Assembly (NCBI RefSeq): GCF_044704955.1
Contig: NC_091984.1
Span: forward strand, 147,374,001 to 147,438,000
DNA length: 64,000 bases
Direction: 5' to 3'
DNA from: Pristiophorus japonicus
Lineage: Eukaryota
Program-made: the position numbers and the translations under genes
In this document: piece after piece, positions 1 to 13,464 of the stretch
Layout of the letters: every line of letters starts with the position of its first letter
Numbering within the stretch: the first letter of the stretch is position 1
The notes under the pieces: model-generated
What the model saw: the letters and a program-made list of their open reading frames with translations, nothing else
Databases searched by the model: none
What the model was told of the DNA's origin: nothing

Positions 1-935
1 TCAAAACTGAACACAATATTTCAGGTGTGGACTCACTAAGGACCTGTACAACTGCAGTAAGACCTCCCTGCTCCTATACTCAAATCCCCTAGCTATGAAG
101 GCCAACATACCATTTGCCTTCTTCACCGCCTGCTGCACCTGCATGCCAACTTTCAATGACTGATGAACCATGACACCCAGGTCTCGTTGCACCTCCCTTT
201 TTCATAATCTGCCACCATTCAGATAATACTCTGCCCTCGTGTTTTTGCCACCAAAGTGGATAACCTCACATATATCCACATTATACTGCACGAGCATGCA
301 TTTGCCCACTCACCCAACCTGTCCAAATCACCCTGCAGCCTCTTAGCATCGTCCTCACAGCCCACACCACCATCCAGTTTAGTGTCATCTGCAAACTTGG
401 AGGTATTGCACTCAATTTCTTCATCTAAATCGTTAATGTATATTGTAAAGAGCTGGGTCCCAGCACTGAAGCCTGCAGCACTCCATTCGTCACTGCATGC
501 CATTCTGAAAAGGACCCGTTTATCCCGGCTCTCTGCTTCCTGTCTACCAACCAGTACTCTATCCACGTCAGTACATTATTCCCAATAGCATGCCCTTTGA
601 TTTTGCACACCAATCTCTTGTGCGGAACCTTGTCAATAGCCTTTTGAATGTCCAAATACACCACATCCACTGGTTCTCCCTTGTCCACTCTGCTAGTTAC
701 ATCCGCAAAAAATTTCAGAAGGTTTGTCAAGCATGATTTCCCTTTCACAAATCCATGCTGACTTGGTCTGATCCTGTCATTGTTTTCCAACTGCTTTACT
801 ATTTCATCCTTAATGATTGATTCCAACATTTTCCCCACCACTGATGTCAGGCTAACCGGTCTATAATTAACCGTTTTCTCTCTCCCTCCTTTTGTAAAAA
901 GTGGTGTTACATTAGCTACCCTCCAGTCCATAGGA
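1..935 (-). mobile_element. CR1-clade LINE (HER1-like) ORF2/RT fragment, degraded, runs off window start
   Basis: Minus-strand ORFs 425-931, 219-566 and 1-192 carry CR1 RT motifs ([41 protein letters not shown]) broken by frameshifts. Confidence 0.92.
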
Positions 936-979
936 ATCTTGTGCAGTAACCTTTTATGTGGCAGCTCATGGGCTCACAT

Positions 980-2100
980 CAAAGCACATGGTATTGGGGG
1001 TAATGTACTGACTTGGATAGAGAACTGGTTGGCAGACAGGAAGCAGAGTCGGGATTAACGGGTCCTTTTCAGAAGAGCAAGCAGTGACTAGTGGAGTGCC
1101 GCAGGGTTCAGTGCTGGGACCCCAGCTCTTTACAATATACATTAATGATTTAGATGATGGAATTGAGTGTAATATGTCCAAGTTTGCAGATGACACTAAA
1201 CTGGGTGGCGGAATGAGCTGTGAGGAGAATGCTAAGAGTGATTTGGACAGGTTAGGCGAGTGGGCAAATACATGGCAGATGCAGTATAATGTGGATAAAT
1301 GTTCGGTTATCCATTTTGGGGGCAAAAACATGAAGGCAGAATATTATCTGAATGGCGGCACATTACGAAAAGGGGAGGTGCAGCGAGACTTGGGTGTCAT
1401 GGTTCATCAGTCATTGACGGTTGGCATGTAGGTACAGCGGGCGGTGAAGAAGGCAAATGGTATATTGGCCTTCATAGCAAGGGGATTTGAGTATAAGAGC
1501 AGGGAGGTCTTACTGCAGTTGTATGGGCCTTGGTGAGGCCTCACCTGGAATATTGTGTTCAGTTTTGATCTCCTAATCTGAGGAAGGATGTTCTTGCTGT
1601 TGAGTGAGTGCAGCGAAGGTTCACCAGACTGATTCCAGGGATGGCTGGACTGACATATGAGGAGAGATTGGATCAACTGGCCCTTTGTACACTGGAGTTT
1701 AGAAGGATGAAAGGGGATCTCATAGAAACGTATAAGATTCTGACTGGACTGGACAGGTTAGATGCGGGAAGAATGTTTCCGCTGTTGGGGAAGTCCAGAT
1801 CCAGCGGACACAGTCTTAGGATAAGGGGCAGGCCATTTCGGACTGAGGTGAGGAAAAACTTCTTCACTCAGAGAGTTGTTAACCCGTGGAATTCCCTGCC
1901 GCAGAGAGTTGTTGTTCATTGGATATGTTCAAGAGGGAGTTAGATATGGCCTTTGCAGCTAAAGGGATCAAGGGGTATGGAGAGAAAGCAGGAAAGGGGT
2001 AATGAAAAAATGATCAGCCATGATCTTATTGAATGGTGGTGCAGGCTCCAAGGCCGGATGGCCTACTCCTGCTCCTATTTTCTATGTTTCTATGTTTCTA
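980..2100 (+). mobile_element. CR1-clade LINE (HER1-like), 5'-truncated 3' end
   Basis: [18 protein letters not shown] motifs, 3' UTR and (TTTCTATG)n tail ending ~2100. Confidence 0.93.
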
Positions 2101-2690
2101 TCCTCATCCACCCTCTGTTACCTCATCAAAAAATGTAATCAAGTTAGTCACATGATTTGCCCGTAACCACTAGGTGCTGCCTCTCCGTTATTGGTCCGTG
2201 CTTATCCACATGGCTGCTCATTTTCTCGCGGATTATTGTCCTTGAAGCTCCCTCACCATAATGTTAAACTGCTCGGCCTGTCATTGGCAGCTTTATCCCT
2301 CTCCCCTTTTTTGAACAAGGGTGTAATATTTACAATTCTCAGTCCCCTGGCCCCTGTATCTAATGAGGATTGGACGATTGTGGTCCGCCACTCTGCACTT
2401 TCTACCTTTCCCTCAGTATCCAAGGATGGCTCCTGTCTGCACCGGGTCACTTATCCACTTTAATTATTTCCATCCTTTCCAGTACCTCCTCTTTATCTAC
2501 TTTTATCATCCAGTATCCCAACAGCCTCCTCGTTTACTGTAGTTTGGACAAAGTCCCCTTCCTTGGTAAACACTGGTGCACAGTGTCATTCAGTACCTCA
2601 GCGATACCTTCTGCCTCCACCAATCGATCTGTATTGTGCTCCCTAATCGGCCCCACTGCACCTCTGACAAACCTTTCACTGTTAATATGC
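2101..2690 (-). mobile_element. Older degraded CR1 ORF2 fragment
   Basis: NITPLFKKGERDKAANDRPSSLT and VGPIREH motifs in ORFs 2253-2450 and 2534-2719. Confidence 0.75.
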
Positions 2691-2804
2691 CGATCGCCGT
2701 CCCGTCCTTTGTTCTCCAAAAGGAACGCTGAGGTGCTGCCCCAGGGTAGTGGCAGGGGCTACATGGAGCAAGAACATGTGTCTTCTCTCAGGCTGTGAGC
2801 ATTC

Positions 2805-3190
2805 GTCCTGCCCCCACTCCCCTCCCCCCACTGCCACTCCCCTCCCCCCACTGCCACTCCCCCCACTGCCACTCCCCCCACTGCCACTCCCCCACTGCCA
2901 CTCCCCCCACTGCCACTCCCCCCACTGCTACTCCCCCTCCCCTACTGCCACTCCCCTCCCCCCACTGCCACTCCCCCTCCCCTACCGCCACACCCCCTCC
3001 CCCCACTGTCACTCCCCCCTCAACACACTCCCCCCACTGCCACTCCCCCCACTGCTACTCCCCCTCCCCTACTGCCACTCCCCTCCCCCCACTGCCACTC
3101 CCCCTCCGCTACTGCCACACCCCCTCCACCCACTGCCACTCCCCCTCCCCCCACTGCCTTTCCCCCCTCCCCGCACTGCCACTCCACTGC
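2805..3190. repeat. C-rich minisatellite (CCACTGCCACTCCCC-type units)
   Basis: Repeats directly visible; the G-rich minus strand has G-quadruplex potential. Confidence 0.9.
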
Positions 3191-3559
3191 CGCCCCAGGC
3201 TGAGGTGGGGCAGTCTACAGCCGGGCCCTCTAGGCCCAGAGCTGCTCGAGATGGTCTGGCAAGGCCATCCGCAGCCTCCCCCACTGAAAGTCAGCAGCCT
3301 TCCACCATCCATGCTGCAGCCCCTGGGGTAGCACTGTACAGGAGCACTCACTGGGACAGCCAAAGATACACGCAAGGCACCCACTGAGGGTATTCACAAC
3401 GGGGTTAGTTGAGTTTGTGATGTAATATTGGATGGATTGTTATATAACATTGGGTTGGAATGTTTGTGTTGGGGGGCCTTTATTGTGGCTGTGGGGCCAA
3501 GTGCTGGGTGTGATGGTCAGTTAGAGAGGGACAGAAAAGTGTGGGACTATTGGTCAATG

Positions 3560-4440
3560 GGGAGTGGGGGTTGGGTTCACTGGTACCACACTCGGAGGAT
3601 TCGATCACGGACAGCCCGGGCAGAAAGGGGCTGTCTGGGTCACTACTCCCTTCCACTTCATCCTCCTCTTCCTTTTCCTCCTCCCCAGCTGCTCACTGTA
3701 CACCTGGTGACAAGGACAGTGCCCTCCTGATGGTCGTGGTTGTGGGGCACGCAGCGGGCCACGGCCAATCAGGACACATGTTCTGGTGAGTACAGCAGCA
3801 CTCCTCCAGAGCGGCCCAGGCCGTGGAAGCATTGTTTCAGGACACCAATGTTCTGCTCCATCAGATTGTGTGTGGCAGCATGGCTCTCATTGTCCTCATG
3901 CTGCCCACGTGTGGTTGGGTTGTGGAGCAGAGTCATGGAGCCCATGGTCAGTGGATAGCCCTTGTCGCCCAGTAGCCAGCCTCTGGTTTGTCTCGGTGAC
4001 TCAAAGACTGAGGGGGCAGCGGCCTGGTGCAGAATAAAAGCATCGTGACTGCTGCCAGGATATCGGGCATTCAGCATCATGATACGGATAGAATGGACCC
4101 ATTTCCCTCAGCAGAGGGGTCAACAACCAGGGGGCATAGATTTAAAGTAATTGGTGGAAGGTTTAGAGGGGAGATGAGGAAACAATTCTTCACCCAGAGG
4201 GTGCTGGGGGTCTGGAACTCACTGCCTGAAAGGGTGAGAGAGGCAGAAACCCTCACCACATTTAAAAAGTACTTGGATGTGCCCTTAAAGTGCCGTAACC
4301 CACAGGGCTACGGACCCAGAGCTGGAAAGTGGGATTAGGCTGGGTAGCTCTTTGTTGGCCGGCGCAGACATGATGGGCCGAAATGGCCTCCTTCCGTGCT
4401 GTAATTTTCTATGATTCTATGATCGTGCTGGTGGTGTTGA
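3560..4440 (-). pseudogene. PIF/Harbinger transposase C-terminal relic, split by a CR1 fragment
   Basis: ORF 3769-4080: NARYPGSSHDAFIL, WLLGDKGYPL, EQNIGVLKQCF; a few upstream codons continue at 4424-4440. Confidence 0.85.
4084..4423 (+). mobile_element. CR1 3'-end fragment inserted in the Harbinger relic
   Basis: TRGHRFKV...FFTQRV motif, TTCTATGA-type tail, ATGAT at both junctions (4079-4083 and 4419-4423). Confidence 0.88.
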
Positions 4441-4851
4441 CCACTTTAAAAGTCGCAGCATACATTTTATTGAAGCTATTCCCGTCCCTGGTTTCCCCGC
4501 TGCCAATAATTGGATCAATCGATGCTGTAGCGCTTCCTTGTGGTACATCGATATGGGCTCCACCCAAACCCCTGCTTTCAACCCTTGAACCCACGTTGCC
4601 TACGCTAGCTGGAGCCCCGCTCCTTCGTCACAGCATCTCACAGCACAGACGGACGCCATTCGGCCCATCAAACCTGTGCTGGCTCTTTGAAAGAGCTATG
4701 GACTACTATGGTCTGGACCAATGATCCAGAGACACAAGTTTAAATCCCACCATGGCAGCTGGGGAATTTAAATTCAGTTAATTAAATAAATCTAGAGTAA
4801 AAAGCTAGTGTCAGTAAAAGTGACCATGAAACTGCTGGATTGTCGTAAATA

Positions 4852-7705
4852 CCCATCAACCTGGCCTGCTACCTTCAGGGATCTGTGGACATGCATACCC
4901 AGGTCCCTTTGTTCCTCTACACCTTTCAGTATCCTGCCATTTAATGTGTATTCCCTTGCCTTGTTAGCCCAAATGCATTACCTCACACTTCTCCGGATTA
5001 AATTCCATTTGCCATTGTTCTGCCCATTTGAACATTTCATTGATATCTTCCTGCAGTCTACAGCATTCTTCTTCATTATCAACCACACGGCCGATTTTAA
5101 TATCATCTACAAAATTCTTAATCATATCCCCTACATTCAAATCTAAATCCTCGATATACACCACAAAAAGCAAGGGACCTTGTACTGAGCCCTGCGGAAT
5201 TCCAGGGGAAACAGCCTTCCAGTCACAAAAACACCCATCAACCATTACCCTTTGCTTCCTGCCTCTGAGACAATTTTGGATCCAACTTTCCACTTTGCCC
5301 TGGATCCCATGGGCTTTTACTTTCGATACCAGTCTGTAAAGTGGGACCTGATCAAAAGTCTTTCTAAAATCCATAGACACTACATCAAACGCACAGCCCT
5401 CATCGAGCCTCCACACACAGATTACCTTTATGGTCTCAATTAGGCCAATCTCTTTCTTTAATTATCCTCCTGCTCTTAATGTATTTATAAAACATTTTTG
5501 GGTTTTCCTTGATTTTACTTGCCAAAATGTTTTCATGCTCTCTCTTTCCTAATTTTCTTTTTAATTGCACCCCTGCACTTTCTATACTCCTCTAAAGTTC
5601 CTGCAGTATTGAGCCCTCGGTATCTGTCAAAAGCCTCCATTTTTTTACTTTATCCTACACTGTATTTCCCTCGACATCCAGGGCCACTAGATTTGTTAGC
5701 CCCACCCTTTTTCTTTAAGGGAACAGACTTACTCTGAAACCACAGGATTTCCTCCTTGAATGCCTCCCACAGCTCTGACACTGATTTACCTTCAAGTAGC
5801 CGTTTCCAGTCCACTTTGGTCAAATCTCATCTCAGCTCAGCAAAATTGGCATTTCCCCAAATGAGAAATTTTATTCCTGGTCTATCTTTGTCCTTTTCCA
5901 TAACTATCCTAAATCTAACTGAATTATGATCACTCGCACCAAAATTCTCTCCCACTGATACCCCTTCCACCTGCCCCTCTTCATTCCCCAAAACCAAGTC
6001 CAGAACCGTCCCCTCCCTTGTTGGACTTGTTACATACTGGCTAAAAAAGTTCTCCTGAATGCATTTTTAGGAATTCCGCACCCTCTATACATTTCACACT
6101 AATTTTATCCCAGTTAATATTAGGGTAGTTGAAATCCCCGACTATTACTGCCCTATAGTTTTTGCAATTGTCAGAAATGTGCCTACTCTTCTCTCTCCCT
6201 CTGACTGTTTGGGGGTCTATAGTACACTCCCAGCAGTGTGATTACCCCTTTTTCGTTCTTCAATTCGACCTATATGGCCTCATTTGATGATCCTTCCGAC
6301 ATATCATCCCTCCTCACAGCTGTAATTGTTTCTTTCAATTGTTTTACAACTGCGAACTCCTCCTTTTTTATCCCCCTCTCTATCCCATCAGGAAAGGCTG
6401 CAACCAGGAATGTTGAGCTGCCATACCTGCCCTTCTTTCAGCCATGTCTCAGTAATAACTATAATATCGTACTCCCAAGTGTTTATCTGTGCTCTCAGCT
6501 CATCTGCCTTATTCCCTATCCTCCATGCATTGAAGTATATACCATTTAGCACTGCCAAAATACCTTTTTGTCTATTTTCTAGGCTTTGTTTCCTCTGTAT
6601 TCCAAATTCACTTTCTGCTTTTCTGCTTTCCAATTCCAGCTTTGCTTCTCTCCCCACTGAATCTATTCTCCGGTTCCCATCACCCTGCCAAGCTAGTTTA
6701 AACCCTCCCCAACAGCACTAGCAAACCTCCCGCGAGGATATTGGTCCCGGCTCTGTTGAGGTGTAACCCGTCCGACTTGTACAGGTCCCACCTTCCCGAG
6801 AAATGGTCCCAATGCCTCAGGAAACTAAAGCCCTCCGTCCTGCACCATCTCTCCAGCCACGCATTCATCTGCTCTATCCTCCTATTTCTGTACTCACTAG
6901 CACGTGGCACCGGGAGTAATCCGGAGATTACTACCTTTGAGGTCTTGCTTTTTAATCTCTCTCCAAGCTCCCAAAACACTGCCTGTAGGACCTCATCCCT
7001 CTTTCTACCTATGTTATTGGTACCGATATGGACCACAACCTCTGGCTGTTCACCCTCCCCCCTCAGAATGTACTGTAGCCACTCAGTGACATCCTTGACC
7101 CTCGCATCAGGGAGGCAACATACCATCCTGGAGTCATGTCTGTGGCCGCAGAAATGCCTGTCTTTTCCCCTAACTATCGAATCCCCTACCACTATTGCTC
7201 TTCCACTCTTCTTCCTCCCCCCTGTGCAGCTGAGCCACCCGTGGTGCCGTGGACTTGGTTCTGGCTGCACTTCCTAGAGGAACCATCGCCCCCACCAGTA
7301 CTCACAACACAATACTGGTTGGAGAGCGAGATGGACTCAGGGGTCTCCTGCACTACCTGCCTGGACCTACTCTTCTGTCTGGTGGTCACCCATTCCCTCT
7401 CTGCCTGCACATTCTTAAGCTGCGGGGTGGCCACCTCTAGAAACATACATTCCACGAAGTTCTCAGCCTCGCGGATGCACCGCAGTGACTCCAGCCGCCA
7501 CTCAATCTCCGAAACGTGGGGCTCGAGTTGCTGTAGCTGGTGACACTTCCTGCACATGTGGTCATCCAGGCCACGAGAAGTGTCCAGGACTTCCCACATG
7601 CCACAGGATGTGCACTCCACGGGACAGAACTGCCCTGCCATGCCTCTATTTAAAAGACTGAGAACTAACTTAGCAGAAATAAACTTAAAACTAAAAAAAA
7701 GCAAA
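4852..7705 (-). mobile_element. CR1 LINE 5' portion (ORF1 plus ORF2 EN/partial RT), internally deleted and 3'-truncated
   Basis: ORF1 motifs, EN motif YFNA...YDIIVITETWL, RT motifs in 4964-5416; internal deletion near 5410. Confidence 0.9.
6698..7641 (-). pseudogene. CR1 ORF1: zinc finger/leucine zipper plus SGNH esterase, frameshifted
   Basis: CxxC pairs (CTSC, CRKC), then GDSIVRG, VHIGTN, DGLHLN; frameshift in the G-run at ~7217-7222. Confidence 0.88.
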
Positions 7706-7812
7706 TAATGGCCTGACCTACATCATTCTGGCCATAATTTCTGGATTTGTTCACCCCACTGAGGGCGAACACCGTCGATGGGCCATTAATGGGCCTTAAG
7801 TTTTCAGCTAAG

Positions 7813-8450
7813 TCAGCTGTGGCTCAATGGGCAGCACACTCACCTCTGAGTCCGAAGGTTGTGGGTTCAAGTCACATTCTTGAGACTTGAAACGGATAGC
7901 GCCCAGTGAGTCGTGTCCGCCTCCTGTTAGCTGTGTCCATGACCATGAGCGGTGTACGTGAGCTGTGTCCGCGCTGGGCCTGTGGATCATTAACCGGGCC
8001 GCACTTCAATTGCGGGGTAAAATTTATAGGGAGGTGCGTGCTGTCGCACCCCGTCATTTGTTTTTGACGACTTACCGGTTGGGTCTTTCTGTGCCGATGT
8101 GGTGGGGTCGATGCCGCAATTGTGCAGCCCGAAACTCGCCCCCGAGCCCACCCCCAGGGAAAGTGCAGAACGCCACATTGCGCTCCCTTTCCTGTCAGGT
8201 GTCGTGACCCCAATTTTGCTTCCAGGGCGGGATTTCGGTGTGGGAAAAGTTACCGCCCCAACCGGGGCAATACGCAATTTGGGCCCATTATCTGGTCATA
8301 GTCATATGTGGGAGCTTGCTGTGCACAAACTGTCTGTTATGTCTCCTCCATTACCGCAGTGACTATACTTCAAAAATACTTCATTGGCTGTAAAGCACTT
8401 TGGGACATCCTGAGGTGGTGAAAGGCGGTTTATAAATGCCAGTCTTTCTT
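7813..8450 (+). mobile_element. tRNA-derived SINE (Deu/SacSINE1-like) head and tail with GC-rich MITE-like DNA between them
   Basis: A/B-box-like head at 7813-7890; tail at 8305-8450 matches the SINE at 55720-56174. Confidence 0.65.
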
Positions 8451-8872
8451 TCCCATTCAGCTCTACATCTTTGAAATCCAAACCCATGGAGAGTGAAGGA
8501 CAGGTAAAGACCCTGTGGTCCATCCAGCCCGTCCCACACAATTGTGATACCTTGTGTATCACAGTACAGACTCTCCACCCCACCCAAAACTACCTGATCT
8601 CCTGGGAGAGGAGAAAAACCAGGTAAAAAACCCTTGGGGGAAAATAAATCTGGGCAACTCCTCTCCGACACCCCGCCCCTGCCCCCCACACGCAGGTGAT
8701 TGAAACTAGTCCAGGAGATCACTGTGGCCCTGAATTCCCTGCAGTAACTACCTTCTGTAAGTGGTGATCTCCGCACCGGCCACAATCAGGTCCTGCTCTT
8801 GCTTATGTCCAGCTCATGGATTTAAAATTACAAGTTTCCCCACAGTGTCAAGTGCTGTAAATACTGTGTTAC

Positions 8873-11800
8873 ACAGAAACATAGAAAATAGGTGCAGGAG
8901 TAGGCCATTCGGCCCTTCGAGCCTGCACCGCCATTCAATATGATCATGGCTGATCATTCACTCAGTGCCCCTTTCCTGCTTTCTCGCCACACCCCTTGAC
9001 ACCTTAGCCGTAAGGGCCATATCTAACTCCCTCTTGAATATATCCAATGAACTGGCATCAACAACTCTCTGCGGTAGGGAATTCCACAGATTGACAACTC
9101 TCTGAGTGAAGAAGTTTCTTCTCATCTCAGGCCTAAATGGCCTACCCCTTATCCTAAGACTATGTCCCCTGGTTCTGGACTTCCCCAACATCGGGAACAT
9201 TCTTCCCGCATCAAACATATCCCGTCCCGGCAGAATCTTATAAGTTTCTATGAGATCCCTTCTGTTGGGGAGGGGATCAAACTGGAAAATAGGGCTGCAT
9301 GTAATAAAGGTGCAGCAGTTATCATGGGTGACTTCAATATGCATATAGATTGGGCTAACCAAACTGGAAGCAATACGGTGGAGGAGGATTTCCTGGAGCG
9401 CATAAGGGATGGTTTTCTAGACCAATAAGTCGAGGAACCAACTAGGGGGGAGGCCATCTTAGACTGGGTGTTGTGTAATGAGAGAGGATTAATTAGCAAT
9501 CTTGTTGTGCGAGGCCCCTTGGGGAAGAGTGACCATAATATGATGGAATTCTACATTAGGATGGAGAATGAAACAGTTAATTTAGAGACCATGGTCCAGA
9601 ACTTAAAGAAGGGTAACTTTGAAGGTATGAGACGTGAATTGGCTAGGATAGATTGGCGAATGATACTTAAAGGGTTGACTGTGGATGGGCAATGGCAGAC
9701 ATTTAGAGACCGCATAGTTGAACTACAACAATTATACATCCCTGTCTGGCGTAAAAATATAAAAGGGAAGGTGGCTCAACCGTGGCTATCAAGAGAAAGC
9801 AGGGATATTATTAAAGCCAAGGAAGTGACATACAAATTGGCCAGAAACAGCAGCGAACCCGGGGACTGGGAGAAATTTAGAACTCAGCAGAGGAGGACAA
9901 AGGCTTTGATTAGGGCAGGGAAAATAGAGTACGAGAGGAAGCTTACAGGGATCATTAAGATGGACTGCAAAAGCTTCTATAGATATGTATTGAGAAAAAG
10001 GTTAGTAAAGACAAACATAGGTCCCCTGCAGTCAGAATCAGGGGAAGTCATAACTGGGAACAAAGAAATGGCAGACCAATTGAACAAGTACTTTGGTTCG
10101 TTATTCACTAAGGTGGACACAAACAACCTTCCGGATATAAAAGGGGTCAGAGGGTCTAGTAAGAAGGAGGAACTGAGGGAAATCCTTATTAGGCGGGAAA
10201 TTGTGTTGGGGAAATTGATGGCCGATAAATCCCCAGGACCTGATGGTCTGCATCCCAGAGTACTTAAGGAGGTGGCCTTGGAAATAGCGGATGCATTGAC
10301 AGTCATTTTCCAACATTCCATAGAATCTGGATCAGTTCCTATGGAGTGGAGGGTAGCCAATGTAATCCAACTTTTTAAAAAAGGAGGGAGAATGAAAACA
10401 GGGAATTATAGACCGGTCAGCCTGACATCGGTAGTGGATAAAATGATGAATCAATTATTAAAGATATCATAGCAGCACATTTGGAAAGAGGTGACATGAT
10501 CGGTCCAAGTCAGCAGGATTTGTGAAAGGGAAATCATGCTTGACAAATCTTCTGGAATTTTTTGAGGAAGTTTCCAGTAGAGTGGACAAGGGGGAACCAG
10601 TTGATGTGGTGTATTTGGACTTTCAGAAGGCTTTTGACAAGGTCCCACAAAGTTAAAGCACATGGGATTGGGGGTAGTGTGCTGATGTGAATTGAGAACT
10701 GGTTGGCAGACAGGAAGCAAAGAGTAGGAGAAATGGGTACTTTTCAGAATGGCAGGCAGTGACGAGTGGGGTACAACAAGGTTCTGTGCTGGGGCCCCAG
10801 CTGTTTACATTGTACATTAATGATTTAGACAAGGGGATTAAATGTAGTATCTCCAAATTTGTGGTTGACACTAAGTTGGGTGGCAGTGTGAGCTGCGAGG
10901 AGAATGTTATGAGGCTGCAGAGTGACTTGGATAGGTTAGGTGAGTGGGCAAATGCATGGCAGATGAAGTATAATGTGGATAAATGTGAGGTTATCCACTT
11001 TGGTGGTAAAAACAGAGAGACAGACTATTATCTGAATGGTGACAGATTAATGAAAGGGAAGGTGCAACGAGACCTGGGTTTTATGGTACATCAGTCATTG
11101 AAGGTTGGCATGCGGGTACAGCAGGCAGTTCAGAAAGCAAATGGCATGTTGGCCTTCATAGCGAGGCGATTTGAGTACAGGGGCAGGGAGGTGTTACTAC
11201 AGTTGTACAGGGCCTTGGTGAAGCCACACCTGGAGTATTGTGTACAGTTTTGGTCTCCCAACTTGAGGAAGGACCTTCTTGCTATTGAGGGACTGAAGCG
11301 AACGTTCACCAGACTGATTCCCGGGATGGCGGGACTGACATATCAAGAAAGACTGGATCAACTGGGCTTGTATTCACTGGGGTTCAGAAGAATGAGAGGG
11401 GATCTCATAGAAGCATTCAAAATTCTGACGGGTTTAGACAGGTTAGATGCAGGAAGAATTTTCCCAATTTTGAGGAAGTCCAGAACCAGGGGTCACAGTC
11501 TAAGGATAAGGGGTAAGCCATTTAGGACCGAGATGAGGAGAAACTTCTTCACTCAGAGAGTGGTGAACCTGTGGAATTCCATACCACAGAAAGTTGTTGA
11601 GGCCAATTCACTAAATATATTCAAAAAGGAGTTAGATGTAGTCCTTACTACTAGGGGGATCAAGGGGTATGGCGAGAAAGCAGGATTGGGGCACTGAAGT
11701 TGCATGTTCAGCCATGAACTCATTGAATGGCGGTGCAGGCTCGAAGGGCCGAATGCCCTACTCCTGCACCTATTTTCTATGTTTCTATGTTTCTATCCTT

Positions 11801-12650
11801 CTAAACTCCAGTGAATAAAGGCCCAGTTGATCCAGTCTATCCTCATATAACAGTCCAGCCATCCCTGGAATTAGTCTGGTGAACCTTCGCTGCACTCCCT
11901 CAATAGCAAGAACGTCCTTCCTCAGATTAAGAGACCAAACCTGAACACAATATTCCAGGTGAGTTCTCACTAAGGCCTTGTACAACTGCAGTAAGACCTC
12001 CCTGCTCCTATACTCAAATCCCCTAGCTATGAAGGCCAACAAACCATTTGCCTTCTTCACCACCTGCTGTACCTGCATGCCGACCTTCAAAGGCTGATGA
12101 ACCGTGACACCTACGTCTCATGGCACCTCCCCTTTTCCTAATCTGCCGCCATTCAGATAATATTCTGCCTTAATTTTTTGCCTCCAAAATGAATAACCTC
12201 TCATTTATCCACATTATACTGCATCTGCCATACATTTGCCCACTCACCTAACCTGTCCAAGTCACCCTGCAGCCTCTTAAGTCCCCCTCACAGCTCACAC
12301 CGCCACCCAATTTAGTGTCTTCTGCAAACTTGGAGACATTACACTCAATTCCTTCATCCAAATCATTAATGTATATTGCAAAGAGCTGGAGTCCCAGCAC
12401 TGAGCCCTGCGGCACTCTACTAGTCACTGACTGCCATTCTGAAAAGGACCCGTTTATTCCGCCACACTGCTTCCAACCAGTTCTCTATCCATGTCAGTAC
12501 ATTATCCCCAATACCATGTGCTTTAATTTTGCACACCAATCTCTTGTGCGGGTCCCTGTCAAAAAGCCTTTTGAAAGTCCAAATACACCACATCCACTGG
12601 TTCTCCCTTGTCCACTCTACGAGTTGCATCCTCAAAAAATTCCAGAATTT
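8873..12650 (-). mobile_element. CR1 (HER1-like) 3' portion, split by a second CR1
   Basis: Tail at ~8875; element sequence breaks at ~9263 and resumes at ~11797; absent from the right arm. Confidence 0.9.
9264..11796 (+). mobile_element. CR1 (HER1-like), 5'-truncated 2.5 kb, nested
   Basis: ORFs 9468-10472 and 10759-11697 (catalytic motif mutated to FVVDT); (TTTCTATG)n tail; CCTTCT at both junctions. Confidence 0.93.
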
Positions 12651-13464
12651 TTTATTATCAGGATTATATTATCAGGGTTATATTCTCACTGTCTGTCATT
12701 GTCACAACACTCGCTATATAAATGCAAGTTGTTGTTGTGTTCAGGGGCCGCTGTATCTGGCTCAGGCTTCTTATCCATCCCCCCCTTCCCTTCCCCCTCC
12801 ATTGGGGGCCTCCTTCAGCTGCCTGGGCACTAACTCCCTGCTCCCTAAACCTCTCTGCCACTCCACCCCTCTCCTCTTTTAAGACCTCCCTTCAAACCCA
12901 ATCTGTGACTGAGCATTTTGTACAACCCTCCCAGCTCCTCCCTCTTTGGCTCAGCACCACTTTGACCAGATTACGCCTCTTTCAGCTGCCTTGGGATGTT
13001 GTTCTAATGTTCCAGTTTCTATAGCAATGCCGGTTGTTGCTGTTGTACCTGGCAACAGAGCGTCTCTCTGTGGATATACCCCGTGCACCGAGCTCCGCGG
13101 TGAGGCCTCCCACAGGGAATGGCCTGCCGATGCTCGCTGCAGTGCAGAGTGGCTGCTGCCCCGCCAATCGGTCTGAGACACCGCCTCATGAGCGGACGAG
13201 GAGATACACGCTGAGATCCACCATCAAATGACACATGGGGAACGGGAAATGATTCTGTAAACCTGACTGGAGGTTTGGTACAAATGGGTTTTACAAACCA
13301 ATCAATTGCGTGACACAGAAATTGTCAAAAAATGTGATCTTTTCAGAACCAACATCGTCCCTTTTTGGTATGAAGACAGCACTGCCAATTTCCCTCACAA
13401 TTTGACTGAGCTGCAATTTTCAATGTCTCCTTATGTGGCTCGCTGTCAATCTTTATTTTATAAC

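Noticed and set aside
935-980. Twin-priming 5' inversion of a single CR1
   Set aside because: The two pieces overlap extensively in element coordinates
2749-3387. Long Pro/His/Cys-rich ORFs
   Set aside because: Products of a stop-free minisatellite
8841-8879. CACAGTG-23 bp-ACACAGAAA as an RSS
   Set aside because: The nonamer-like part is created by a CR1 tail junction; the uninterrupted right-arm copy has CAGAGTG and ACATTCTCA
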